This document shows, piece after piece, positions 24,724 through 32,000 of a stretch of 32,000 nt of DNA; position 1 is the stretch's first letter; every line of letters begins with the position of its first letter. Below the pieces are notes generated by a model. That model was not told the DNA's origin and ran no database searches. It saw only the letters and a list, made by a program, of their open reading frames with translations. The translations under genes were made by a program, and so were the position numbers. The stretch is from Propionibacteriaceae bacterium (GTDB taxonomy: Bacteria; Actinomycetota; Actinomycetes; Propionibacteriales; Propionibacteriaceae): contig JAIRQE010000012.1 of NCBI GenBank assembly GCA_031256725.1, positions 1-32,000 on the forward strand, in the 5' to 3' direction.

Positions 24724-24745
24724 TGCAACAAAACAAGGAAATAAG

Positions 24746-25153
24746 ATGTACTACGACGAAATCTCTGTAGGCGATACAGCCTCATTTGAAAAAACCATTG
24801 CCGAGACAGATGTTTATGCCTTTGCTGGAATCACTGGTGACTTCAATCCGGCCCATGTGAACCAGCGCTATGCGGAACAGACCAAGTTTGGTACCCGTAT
24901 TGCTCATGGAATGCTGGGTGGGAGCCTATTCTCTACAGTGTTTGGAACAAGGATTCCTGGCGAGGGGGCGATCTATCTTTCGCAATCTCTGAGCTTTACT
25001 GCGCCTGTTCTGATTGGTGAAACCATCAAGGCTACGGTTACAGTGGTTGAAAAGATGGAGAAGGGACGTGTACGCTTCGACTGTATTGCGACCAAGGCTG
25101 ACGGTACTGTGGTCATCACGGGGGAAGCCATCCTCTTACCACCGCGTCCCTAA
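24746..25153 (+). CDS. MaoC-like (R)-specific enoyl-CoA hydratase (PhaJ-type hot-dog fold)
   Basis: 135 aa from the ATG at 24746 (MYYDEISVGD), with AAGGAA RBS. The ORF-track GTG start at 24713 lies inside the hairpin. The hydratase-2 motif GDFNPAHV and RIAHGML are present. Confidence 0.85.
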   Translation: MYYDEISVGDTASFEKTIAETDVYAFAGITGDFNPAHVNQRYAEQTKFGTRIAHGMLGGSLFSTVFGTRIPGEGAIYLSQSLSFTAPVLIGETIKATVTVVEKMEKGRVRFDCIATKADGTVVITGEAILLPPRP

Positions 25154-25256
25154 GTGAGGTCAAGGCATTAACGACTTGGCTCAGCTAAAGGTGTACCAAA
25201 CCATAGTCGAAAAGTAGACTTGTACTGAGCCCGAATCATGAGAACAAGGAAAACTT

Positions 25257-25868
25257 GTGCCAACCCGAACATTCTTTAACCTTCCGCAAGACAAGCAGGA
25301 CAGGGTGTTGACTGCGGCTGTAAACGAGTTCAGTCAACGCAACGTCGAGGAAGCCAACCTGTCCAATATCGTGCGGCAAGCTGGTATTCCCCGCGGGAGC
25401 CTTTATCAGTACTTCACTGACAAGGACGACCTCTATGTGTACATGTTCGAGACTCTGCGCGAAGAGCGCTGGGTGCATACCAAAGAGGCTTTCGAATACT
25501 ATAAGACTTCGGAGTTCCTGACCTTCTTCGAGCACTATTACCTGCTTGACACTCTCTACCTCCTCCAGCATCCTCAGCATATTGAACTGGGCAAGGTCAT
25601 GTACTCCCATGCTAGAGGGGTCTCTTTCGGGCTCATTGATGCCATTCAGCGTCGGTACCGCGACATCTTCTTGGTTGGCATTGACTACGACCAAGATAAT
25701 GGTCGCATTCGAGCCGATGTGGACTCTCAAGCCCTAGCGGATCTGTGTGTTCACTTCATGACTGACGTCTTCATCTTCCAGAACATCACCCGACGTATGT
25801 CCCTCGCCGGAGTGGAAAAACATCTTCAAGGTACAATGGATCTGATTCGTCGAGGGGTGCAACCCTAG
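25257..25868 (+). CDS. TetR/AcrR-family transcriptional regulator
   Basis: 203 aa with a GTG start and AAGGAA RBS. The N-terminal HTH is VLTAAVNEFSQRNVEEANLSNIVRQAGIPRGSLYQYFTDKDDLY. The C-terminal ligand domain is not informative. Confidence 0.88.
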   Translation: MPTRTFFNLPQDKQDRVLTAAVNEFSQRNVEEANLSNIVRQAGIPRGSLYQYFTDKDDLYVYMFETLREERWVHTKEAFEYYKTSEFLTFFEHYYLLDTLYLLQHPQHIELGKVMYSHARGVSFGLIDAIQRRYRDIFLVGIDYDQDNGRIRADVDSQALADLCVHFMTDVFIFQNITRRMSLAGVEKHLQGTMDLIRRGVQP

Positions 25869-25967
25869 ATATCAGCGTTTGTCAACTCTCACGCATCCAT
25901 GAAGCGTATTGATCAAGCTCGGGCATGCAATCCTAAGCATCAGTACTTGTTAACCCACACTCCCGTC

Positions 25968-25995
25968 ATCCTGCGCGGAAGTGGAGTCGCAGGAT
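25968..25995. terminator. Hairpin 1 in the convergent tetR / surface-protein gap
   Basis: ATCCTGCG (25968-25975) / CGCAGGAT (25988-25995): 8-bp perfect stem with a 12-nt loop. No clear U-tract. Confidence 0.35.
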
Positions 25996-25997
25996 CC

Positions 25998-26025
25998 AGG
26001 CTCTTGATCAACTCCTCAAGAGCCT
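25998..26025. terminator. Hairpin 2 in the convergent tetR / surface-protein gap
   Basis: AGGCTCTTGA (25998-26007) / TCAAGAGCCT (26016-26025): 10-bp perfect stem with an 8-nt loop. It lies ~40 nt downstream of the surface-protein stop. No clear U-tract. Confidence 0.45.
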
Positions 26026-26063
26026 CGTCGCTGTCTTAGTACCATCCGAAAGGCCGAGCAACC

Positions 26064-29000
26064 TCAGGGATTCGTACCTACCGTTTGGGACTCAAGTTTC
26101 CTTATTGCTAGGAGTACTCCACTTGATCCCGCAGCCATGAGCAGTATCCATGCTGAGTGATGATGCACAGTACCGCCGGTGGGAACCCTAGGAATAACCA
26201 CCGCAGTTGACGATGTAGGTGTTGGACTCGGCCCAGGTTCAGGACTTGGATCGGGTCCAGGTGTTGGCGTTGGGGGTGGATCTGGAGTGGGCTCCGGGTC
26301 TGGTGTCGGTTCAGGAGTCGGTGTAGGAGTTAGGTCCGGTGTTGGCTCTGGAGTCGGTGTGGGCGTTGGTGTCGGTGGAGCCTGAGGAATGACCGAATCA
26401 CAGATGGTGGATTCATTGTCTGTACCTTTATCATCCAGGGCATCTGAACCTGCGTGTCCCGTATTGCACACCTCGTCTGTGAGATCCTTGTTCACCAGGA
26501 AGCTGAGGCGTACCGAAACAGAATCATCGACAGTCAAAGAATCGATATGGCAGGAGATGACCGGCGTAGAGTCATCTTCTGTGGACAAGCAGTCTCCACT
26601 TGGCAGAGTTGCCGTAGTAAGGGTTAACCCAGTGGGGATCTCGTCACTGATGATGACATTGGACGCATTGGATGGCCCCAGGTTGGTGACTGTGAGATCA
26701 TAAGTGACCTCGTCTCCTGCTCGTACCTGGGTCGTCACTAGGGTTTTTTCGATTGTCAGGTTCGCAAGATTGATGACTCGGATACTCACGGAAACCCAGT
26801 TATTGTCAGGATTGGAGTCTGGTGTTTCCGAATAGGAGTGAACTTTCACTTCGTAGATCCCAGGCTCAGTGTTCTCCAAGATCTCCACTGTGACGAAGCT
26901 TGCGACCGCCATCCCAGGAAGGAAGACCTGGTACAGGGGAGTAGCGGGAATCGATTCACAGTGAAGAATATGCGTGGACTCATCAAAGGTACAGATGTTG
27001 CCAGGGATATCCCACTTCACGGGTACCAACCCTTGCGGGAAGAACACATCACCAGCCGGGAAATCTGCAGTCGTGGGTCCATTATTGAGGGTGATCCCTG
27101 TGAATGTCACGTGATCTCCCGCATAAACCGTATCCGCATTGACGCCAGCACGGGCCACGATGTCGGATTCCTTATCGATCCATGCCGTAACTGTGGAGAG
27201 ATTGTTGTCAGTATTGGGATCAGTCATTGAAGAATCATTCAGTGTGATCTGGGCTTGGTTGTCGATTGCTCGCGGATAGTCTTTCAGGTAATTGTCGCAG
27301 CCTTGCTCATTGGGTGGACTCGTGGGATCTCCAGGAATCGAGGGTTCCCCTGGTACACATCCTGGTCCTGTACCTTCGAGGCGGATATCCATGGGTGACG
27401 AGTTGGCTATCACTCGCTGAGTGTAGTCTTCACCAACTGCTAAGGGAGGTACAGAGCAGGAAATGAGTTCAGGCTGATCCAGCGCAAGCTCTGATGGTTC
27501 TTTGACTGTACAACCGGGCGACAGTTCCAGGTTTAATGTCAGCCCCAATGGTAGGGCATCAGTAATGGTGGATTCGCTCGCATCGGATGGGCCAGCGTTG
27601 ACCGCGACGAGGGTGTAGCCAATCTGGCCTCCAGCATGGAACACTGGAGAACCCTTACGTGGCTCCTTATGGCCGGTGTCTACAAACTTTTGAAGGCGGA
27701 GGTCGACTTCATGGATCACTATCACCTCGGCAGTGTCCTGAGCCTGAGCGCCAGGATCAGAGGGGGTCTGGGCTACAGCCGTGTTGGAGATGGTACCTAT
27801 GACATCAGAGTCGATGGTACCTTCCATGGTGACCACGACAGGTGATACGGGGGAGACCGTACCCCGGATGGTACCCAACTCGCAGGAAATGGAGGAATCA
27901 TTGCCCACGTCGATGGAACAGGTTCCTTGGGTGGTCGTGACTTTCGTGGCGTGGAATCCTGGGGGAAGACTGTCAGTGAGGGTGACATCAGCGGCATCAG
28001 CCCAGAATTGACCAGATTCACTTTGGGGGGTCGAAGCCGAGGCCCGTGATTGCTCCACTGTGATGGTGTACTTGAAATCCTTGCCAGCTATGAAGGTGGA
28101 TTTTTCAGTCTTCTTGTCGACACTTAGGTTAACAGGACCAGGTGTGATCTCAAGGATGGATTCCGAACTGTTGTCGCTGTATTGGGACTCCTTGGTGGTT
28201 GTGTGAATGCTGACCAGAGCTTTAGTGTCTGTGGATGCAGGGGCAAAGTCTCGAACCCCCATCAACATGGAGACACTGACCTGTTCGCCAGGCGCCAGGG
28301 AAGAGGTACCAGTGGAATTGCGCAGCATGCACTTCAACTCATCGTGGATGATTTCACATCCGGGGTCATCGCTGACCCACCAGGACCCATCCACTTCGCT
28401 CCCACCATTCCAGATTAGGACGGGGTGTACAGCATCAAGGGAGACGTTGAACCCCATGAAGTCATAGTCCAGGAGGAGATAGGCATCCTTTGCAGTGACC
28501 AATCCACTATTGGTGAAGGTCATGGTGAGCCAAAGCAGGGATCCTGCAGGGGTACTGGTGAGGTCACTTCCAGGGGGCTGATTCATTCCAGCATAACTCT
28601 GCCATATCATGTCGGTGACAAGGATATTCGCCTGAGAACTGACAGGCAGGGTGAGTGATGATCTGTTATTGGAGGTGGATGGATCAAGGAGAGATCCTTC
28701 GACTTTTGCCTCATTCTTGATCAAGGAGGCGTTCAGAAGATCTGGGGCAACCTCAACCTCTAGGGTGTAGGTTGAGGTTGATCCTGGGCTGAGTTCTGCT
28801 CCCGTACAGGTGACGGTTCCACTGGCTGAACTACATTTAGCAGAGGTCGCAGAACCAGTTCCACTGGGGACGAAAGTAAGCCCATCAGGAAGAGTATCAG
28901 TGATGGTCGGAATCGATGAGTCTGGTCCCTGGTTAGTCACAGTGAGGGTGTAGACCGCACGACCACCAGCAGCAAGTTCTGTCATGGTAGACGACTTCAC

Positions 29001-32000
29001 CAGGGCCAGATCTGCCTGATCTACCCCACTGAGAGTCCAAGTGGCTTCATTGTTCTTGGGCTCAGGATCATGGTCACTTGTGACGGTAGAGGTCGCAATC
29101 TGGGGATCAGTACTCACGGTCGTGACAACAGTAGGTACAGTGATCACTACTTCTTCGCCGACTTCAAGGGTACCCAGCTGGCAGGAAACTGAGGTAGCGC
29201 TCACAGTACAGGTGACGCCAGAGGGTGCCACCGCAGGGTTGGCAGGATCACCCTTCACAGCAGCAGGGAAGAGGTCCGTCAACTCGACATTCGTTGCCGT
29301 TGAGGGGCCGTTGTTGCGTACGGTAATCGTGTAGGTCACCACAGAATCAACAGAACTTGGAAGGCTGCTGGTATCAGCCACCTGAATGACGGAAAGATCA
29401 GCTTCAGGAGTGACTGTAATAGTTGCTGAAGCCTGATTATTCGCTGATGTCGGGTCTGTGAAAGAAGGAACCTGGGGTACCTCAGCAGTATTGGTGACTG
29501 ATCCTGTGGCATCGGGGGAGACAGTACCCGTGATCGTGATCACAGCTGAGGCGCCAGGAGTATCAGCTTGGGAAGAAGAGGCCAAGGTGCCAACAGAACA
29601 TTCGATGATCTGCCCAGTGATCTGGCAGGATCCACGATCCACTGTGGCCCCCGGATTGAGGATCTGGGGAGGAAGGGTGTCTCGTACTATCACACCAGGT
29701 GCAGAAGAGGGGCCCCAGTTGGACGCAGTCAGAACATAGGTGATCCCCTGACCAGCAACCACAGTGGTGAGGTTCGCTTGCTTGGATAGACGCACGTCAG
29801 CTACAGGGGTACCTATGGTACCCGTGGCTGAATCGTGGTTATTGGTCAGGTCGGGGTCAGTGGTGTTTGAGGATACTCGGACCTCATTGGTGAATGATTG
29901 CCCAGCTTCGGCTGAAGGATTGACCTGAGCCGTGACTGTGAGTGTGGCTGATTTTCCAGAATCCAGGGTGGCCGTACGACAGGTCATCTTTTCTGTGGCA
30001 AGGTCACAGGTCAGATCACCTGAGACACCAGATAGAGTTAGGAGGCTTGCATCTGAAAGGGTGTCTGTTAGAGTCAGATTCTGGGCACGGGAGGGGCCTT
30101 GATTCGTGACGGTAATGGTAAAAACCACGGGTTGACCAGGGACTATGGTGGCTGTATTAAGGGTCTTTTCTATAACAAGATCTGCCACCTGAGTCATAGG
30201 GACAGAGTCTGTAGCTATGTTGTTAGCAAGATCTGGGTCATGGGTATTTGAGCTGACCTGGGCAGTATTAGTGATGGTTTCTATCGACGTGGAACTGGAG
30301 GATTCTCCTGTGAGTTGGATAGTGAAGGTCGACCCTACAGCCATCTGTGATGTCGAACATGTGAGGGAGTCTTCGATCATACAGGTGACGCCAGTTGGAG
30401 GCTTGACCGAAGGGGAATCCCACCCCTGTGGAATGGGATCAATGATGTGAACCTCTGATGCGGGATTCGGGCCATGGTTGGTCACAGTGATACTGGCTGA
30501 CACAGGAGCCCCTGCCACAGCAGGCTTCGGTGTGATGGTTTTAGTGATCCCCAGATCAGCTTCCGGTGCTACTGGTGTAGAAACGGGGGGAATGTCATAG
30601 GTTGCGGCCACACCAGTCGTGGCGGTAGTGAAGTTGAGGTGGGCGATATTGGAGATTGTTCGTCCAGGCTGGGTGACCCGAACCTGGAAGGAGTAGCCTT
30701 CCGATTCACCATCAGTACCAAGCTGGCCACCTTCGCTCTGATTTGCGTCGGTACCAATGCGAACGTGAACCGCTGATCCTGTGTACTCTCCACGATCATC
30801 TCCAGAACCATCGCTCATGGTGGCTGTGGTCGTACCATAAACGTCAACGAACCCTAGACTGCCAGGGATGTACTGGGTACCGCGAGGGATGGGGTCAATG
30901 GACACAAGGTCCTTGGCTGGGGACTGACCTGTGTTCGCGTAGCGTACGGTGTACTGAATGATGTCGCCGAGTTGGGCTGGTGAATGACCACTGAGGTTGA
31001 CGGCTGTCTTGGCAGAGGAACTGAAATCTGGGGCATAGAGCGCAATGGATGTGGCAAGTAGCCCTGGGAAGTAGGCATCACCAGTACTCCCGAAGGTGAA
31101 GGTCGCTTCGGTAGCACCAATGGGGATGATATTGGGTGCATTGATGTTCTTGATGTCAAAACCCAGCATGTTTTTGTCGGCGGGTGACCGGGTTGTAACA
31201 CTGGATCCAAACAGATCATTGGATGAGTTGAAGAAATTGGATCCTGGGGATGTCGTGGAGGCAAGCTGGGTCCCATTGAGGCGAGTGAAATCGCCAGTCT
31301 GGGTGAGGTCGCCCTCATAGGCGATCATTGATAATTGGGTGTCCACTGGCCCAGCTAGGGGAGCCTGGAACCCGGAGACTGTGATGGTTTGTGGGGAAGA
31401 GGAACCGACATTGGTGAACCCATCGAAGACGGTCAGGTTTCTCAACGGCATCCCTGGTGAAGAGTGGACCACGACCAGCGACCATCCGGCGTAGCGATCT
31501 TCGCCTGTACCTGCGACAACATTGGCGCCCCAATAGTCGCCATTCCCCGCATTCGACACCAAGGAGGTGACATCGGCGAAACGTTGGTACGCGTTGGCAT
31601 TGCTTCCTGAAGAGTTGGGACCAAATTGGGCATCGGGGTCGGTACTAGCATTGATAGTACGATACGAGGTTTCGCCTGGGACTAGCAGTGACATGCGCGT
31701 ATAGGGATCCGTACCAGCGCTTCCGCCTACGCCCGCATTCAGACGTGCACCCCAATAGAGTCCAGCCCATAGAATACTTGAACCCTCAGGTAAGGATAGG
31801 CGAGACATGGAGGAATTCCAGGTTGTCGAGTCCTCATCTAAATCCAGGTGGACCATGCTATAGGCATTGTTGTTGTTATTCGGTGCCTTGCCAGCTTTAG
31901 CAAGTTCACAGTTACTATTCGTATCCGGGCAGGTCAACAATGAGTTGCCTATGGCGATAATAGAACCGTTGGCGTTCTCAGAAAAACGTACCTTGAAAGG
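26064..32000 (-). CDS. Giant cell-surface protein, 5'-truncated by the window edge: N-terminal non-repeat domain, ~11 DUF11-type repeats, Pro/Thr linker, C-terminal cell-wall-sorting-like signal
   Basis: The reading frame stays open from 31940 to 32000 (PFKVRFSENANGSIIAIGNS precedes the track's TTG start), so the true start is outside the window. The repeated module is (A/V)DLxIxKT...G..VTYTLTVTNxGPSxAxNVxxxDxLPxGL plus a Cys...Cys pair, every ~125 aa. The tail is QAPPTPTPTPTPEPTP...IPRVPTGGTVHHHSAWILLMAAGSSGVLLAIRK. Confidence 0.9.
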   Translation of the reverse strand, partial: PFKVRFSENANGSIIAIGNSLLTCPDTNSNCELAKAGKAPNNNNNAYSMVHLDLDEDSTTWNSSMSRLSLPEGSSILWAGLYWGARLNAGVGGSAGTDPYTRMSLLVPGETSYRTINASTDPDAQFGPNSSGSNANAYQRFADVTSLVSNAGNGDYWGANVVAGTGEDRYAGWSLVVVHSSPGMPLRNLTVFDGFTNVGSSSPQTITVSGFQAPLAGPVDTQLSMIAYEGDLTQTGDFTRLNGTQLASTTSPGSNFFNSSNDLFGSSVTTRSPADKNMLGFDIKNINAPNIIPIGATEATFTFGSTGDAYFPGLLATSIALYAPDFSSSAKTAVNLSGHSPAQLGDIIQYTVRYANTGQSPAKDLVSIDPIPRGTQYIPGSLGFVDVYGTTTATMSDGSGDDRGEYTGSAVHVRIGTDANQSEGGQLGTDGESEGYSFQVRVTQPGRTISNIAHLNFTTATTGVAATYDIPPVSTPVAPEADLGITKTITPKPAVAGAPVSASITVTNHGPNPASEVHIIDPIPQGWDSPSVKPPTGVTCMIEDSLTCSTSQMAVGSTFTIQLTGESSSSTSIETITNTAQVSSNTHDPDLANNIATDSVPMTQVADLVIEKTLNTATIVPGQPVVFTITVTNQGPSRAQNLTLTDTLSDASLLTLSGVSGDLTCDLATEKMTCRTATLDSGKSATLTVTAQVNPSAEAGQSFTNEVRVSSNTTDPDLTNNHDSATGTIGTPVADVRLSKQANLTTVVAGQGITYVLTASNWGPSSAPGVIVRDTLPPQILNPGATVDRGSCQITGQIIECSVGTLASSSQADTPGASAVITITGTVSPDATGSVTNTAEVPQVPSFTDPTSANNQASATITVTPEADLSVIQVADTSSLPSSVDSVVTYTITVRNNGPSTATNVELTDLFPAAVKGDPANPAVAPSGVTCTVSATSVSCQLGTLEVGEEVVITVPTVVTTVSTDPQIATSTVTSDHDPEPKNNEATWTLSGVDQADLALVKSSTMTELAAGGRAVYTLTVTNQGPDSSIPTITDTLPDGLTFVPSGTGSATSAKCSSASGTVTCTGAELSPGSTSTYTLEVEVAPDLLNASLIKNEAKVEGSLLDPSTSNNRSSLTLPVSSQANILVTDMIWQSYAGMNQPPGSDLTSTPAGSLLWLTMTFTNSGLVTAKDAYLLLDYDFMGFNVSLDAVHPVLIWNGGSEVDGSWWVSDDPGCEIIHDELKCMLRNSTGTSSLAPGEQVSVSMLMGVRDFAPASTDTKALVSIHTTTKESQYSDNSSESILEITPGPVNLSVDKKTEKSTFIAGKDFKYTITVEQSRASASTPQSESGQFWADAADVTLTDSLPPGFHATKVTTTQGTCSIDVGNDSSISCELGTIRGTVSPVSPVVVTMEGTIDSDVIGTISNTAVAQTPSDPGAQAQDTAEVIVIHEVDLRLQKFVDTGHKEPRKGSPVFHAGGQIGYTLVAVNAGPSDASESTITDALPLGLTLNLELSPGCTVKEPSELALDQPELISCSVPPLAVGEDYTQRVIANSSPMDIRLEGTGPGCVPGEPSIPGDPTSPPNEQGCDNYLKDYPRAIDNQAQITLNDSSMTDPNTDNNLSTVTAWIDKESDIVARAGVNADTVYAGDHVTFTGITLNNGPTTADFPAGDVFFPQGLVPVKWDIPGNICTFDESTHILHCESIPATPLYQVFLPGMAVASFVTVEILENTEPGIYEVKVHSYSETPDSNPDNNWVSVSIRVINLANLTIEKTLVTTQVRAGDEVTYDLTVTNLGPSNASNVIISDEIPTGLTLTTATLPSGDCLSTEDDSTPVISCHIDSLTVDDSVSVRLSFLVNKDLTDEVCNTGHAGSDALDDKGTDNESTICDSVIPQAPPTPTPTPTPEPTPDLTPTPTPEPTPDPEPTPDPPPTPTPGPDPSPEPGPSPTPTSSTAVVIPRVPTGGTVHHHSAWILLMAAGSSGVLLAIRKLESQTVGTNP
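26067..26186 (-). other. C-terminal sorting-signal-like tail: VPTGG motif, hydrophobic helix, basic RK
   Basis: GTT CCC ACC GGC GGT (26186-26172) encodes VPTGG. SAWILLMAAGSSGVLLAI (26156-26103) is followed by RK. The architecture matches sortase substrates, but the motif is not LPxTG or LAxTG. Confidence 0.6.
26208..26384 (-). repeat. Low-complexity Pro/Thr(/Glu/Asp)-rich linker (~59 aa) inside the surface-protein gene
   Basis: QAPPTPTPTPTPEPTPDLTPTPTPEPTPDPEPTPDPPPTPTPGPDPSPEPGPSPTPTSS. It is mirrored on the plus strand as a spurious Gly/Val-rich ORF (26179-26385). Confidence 0.9.

Noticed and set aside
26179-26385. Plus-strand 68-aa Gly/Val/Ser-rich ORF.
   Set aside because: It is the mirror image of the Pro/Thr-rich linker codons of the minus-strand surface protein.
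9092-31900. Many long antisense or alternative-frame ORFs inside the annotated genes, for example 10827-11321, 13540-13869, 14539-14916, 23388-23801, 25236-25730, 30854-31318 and 6553-7023.
   Set aside because: Each overlaps a CDS with strong family motifs. Their translations are Arg/Ser/Pro-rich or low-complexity with no recognisable domains, which is typical of shadow ORFs.

Overview
This window comes from a mid-GC Gram-positive chromosome. It is most likely actinobacterial, judging by the 5S/23S rRNA strings, an actinobacterial-type XylB N-terminus and sortase-type surface protein architecture. All calls rest on motif-level recognition by eye; no database search or computation was run.

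Layout:
- 1-1106: 3' end of an rrn operon (23S 3' part, 5S, strong intrinsic terminator). A short AT-rich spacer follows, carrying a perfect 21-bp tandem duplication.
- 1372-8873: a sugar-utilisation locus. A SorC-type regulator plus an Rpe-like epimerase are divergent from a ribose-type ABC transporter (permease, lipoprotein binding protein, double-cassette ATPase), a SIS-only sugar-phosphate isomerase and a xylulokinase-like FGGY kinase.
- 8905-19509, all on the minus strand: an 11-gene acyl-CoA cluster. The order is KAS III-like condensing enzyme, acetyl-CoA hydrolase/transferase-family CoA-transferase, alpha/beta hydrolase, Bcd-type acyl-CoA dehydrogenase, FixA/FixB-type ETF, FixC, FixX, thiolase, crotonase, 3-hydroxybutyryl-CoA dehydrogenase.
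- 19774-25868: a Liv-type ABC transporter (HMGF plus lipoprotein binding protein), a MaoC/PhaJ hydratase and a TetR regulator.
- 26064-32000: the C-terminal approximately 1978 aa of a giant DUF11-repeat surface protein that runs off the window edge.

I saw no tRNA, CRISPR array, transposase/integrase or recognisable defence genes, so I do not claim a novel defence or mobile system.

The most noteworthy signals:
- A 16-bp palindrome (ATGACA-N4-TGTCAY) recurs four times in the two regulatory gaps of the acyl-CoA and liv clusters, suggesting one regulon.
- A classical Bcd is wired to an E. coli FixABCX/YdiQRST-type electron module.
- The KAS III-like enzyme has an apparently atypical catalytic triad and no ACP nearby.
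- The sugar locus has no assignable substrate.
- The giant surface protein has strictly paired cysteines and a non-canonical sorting motif.
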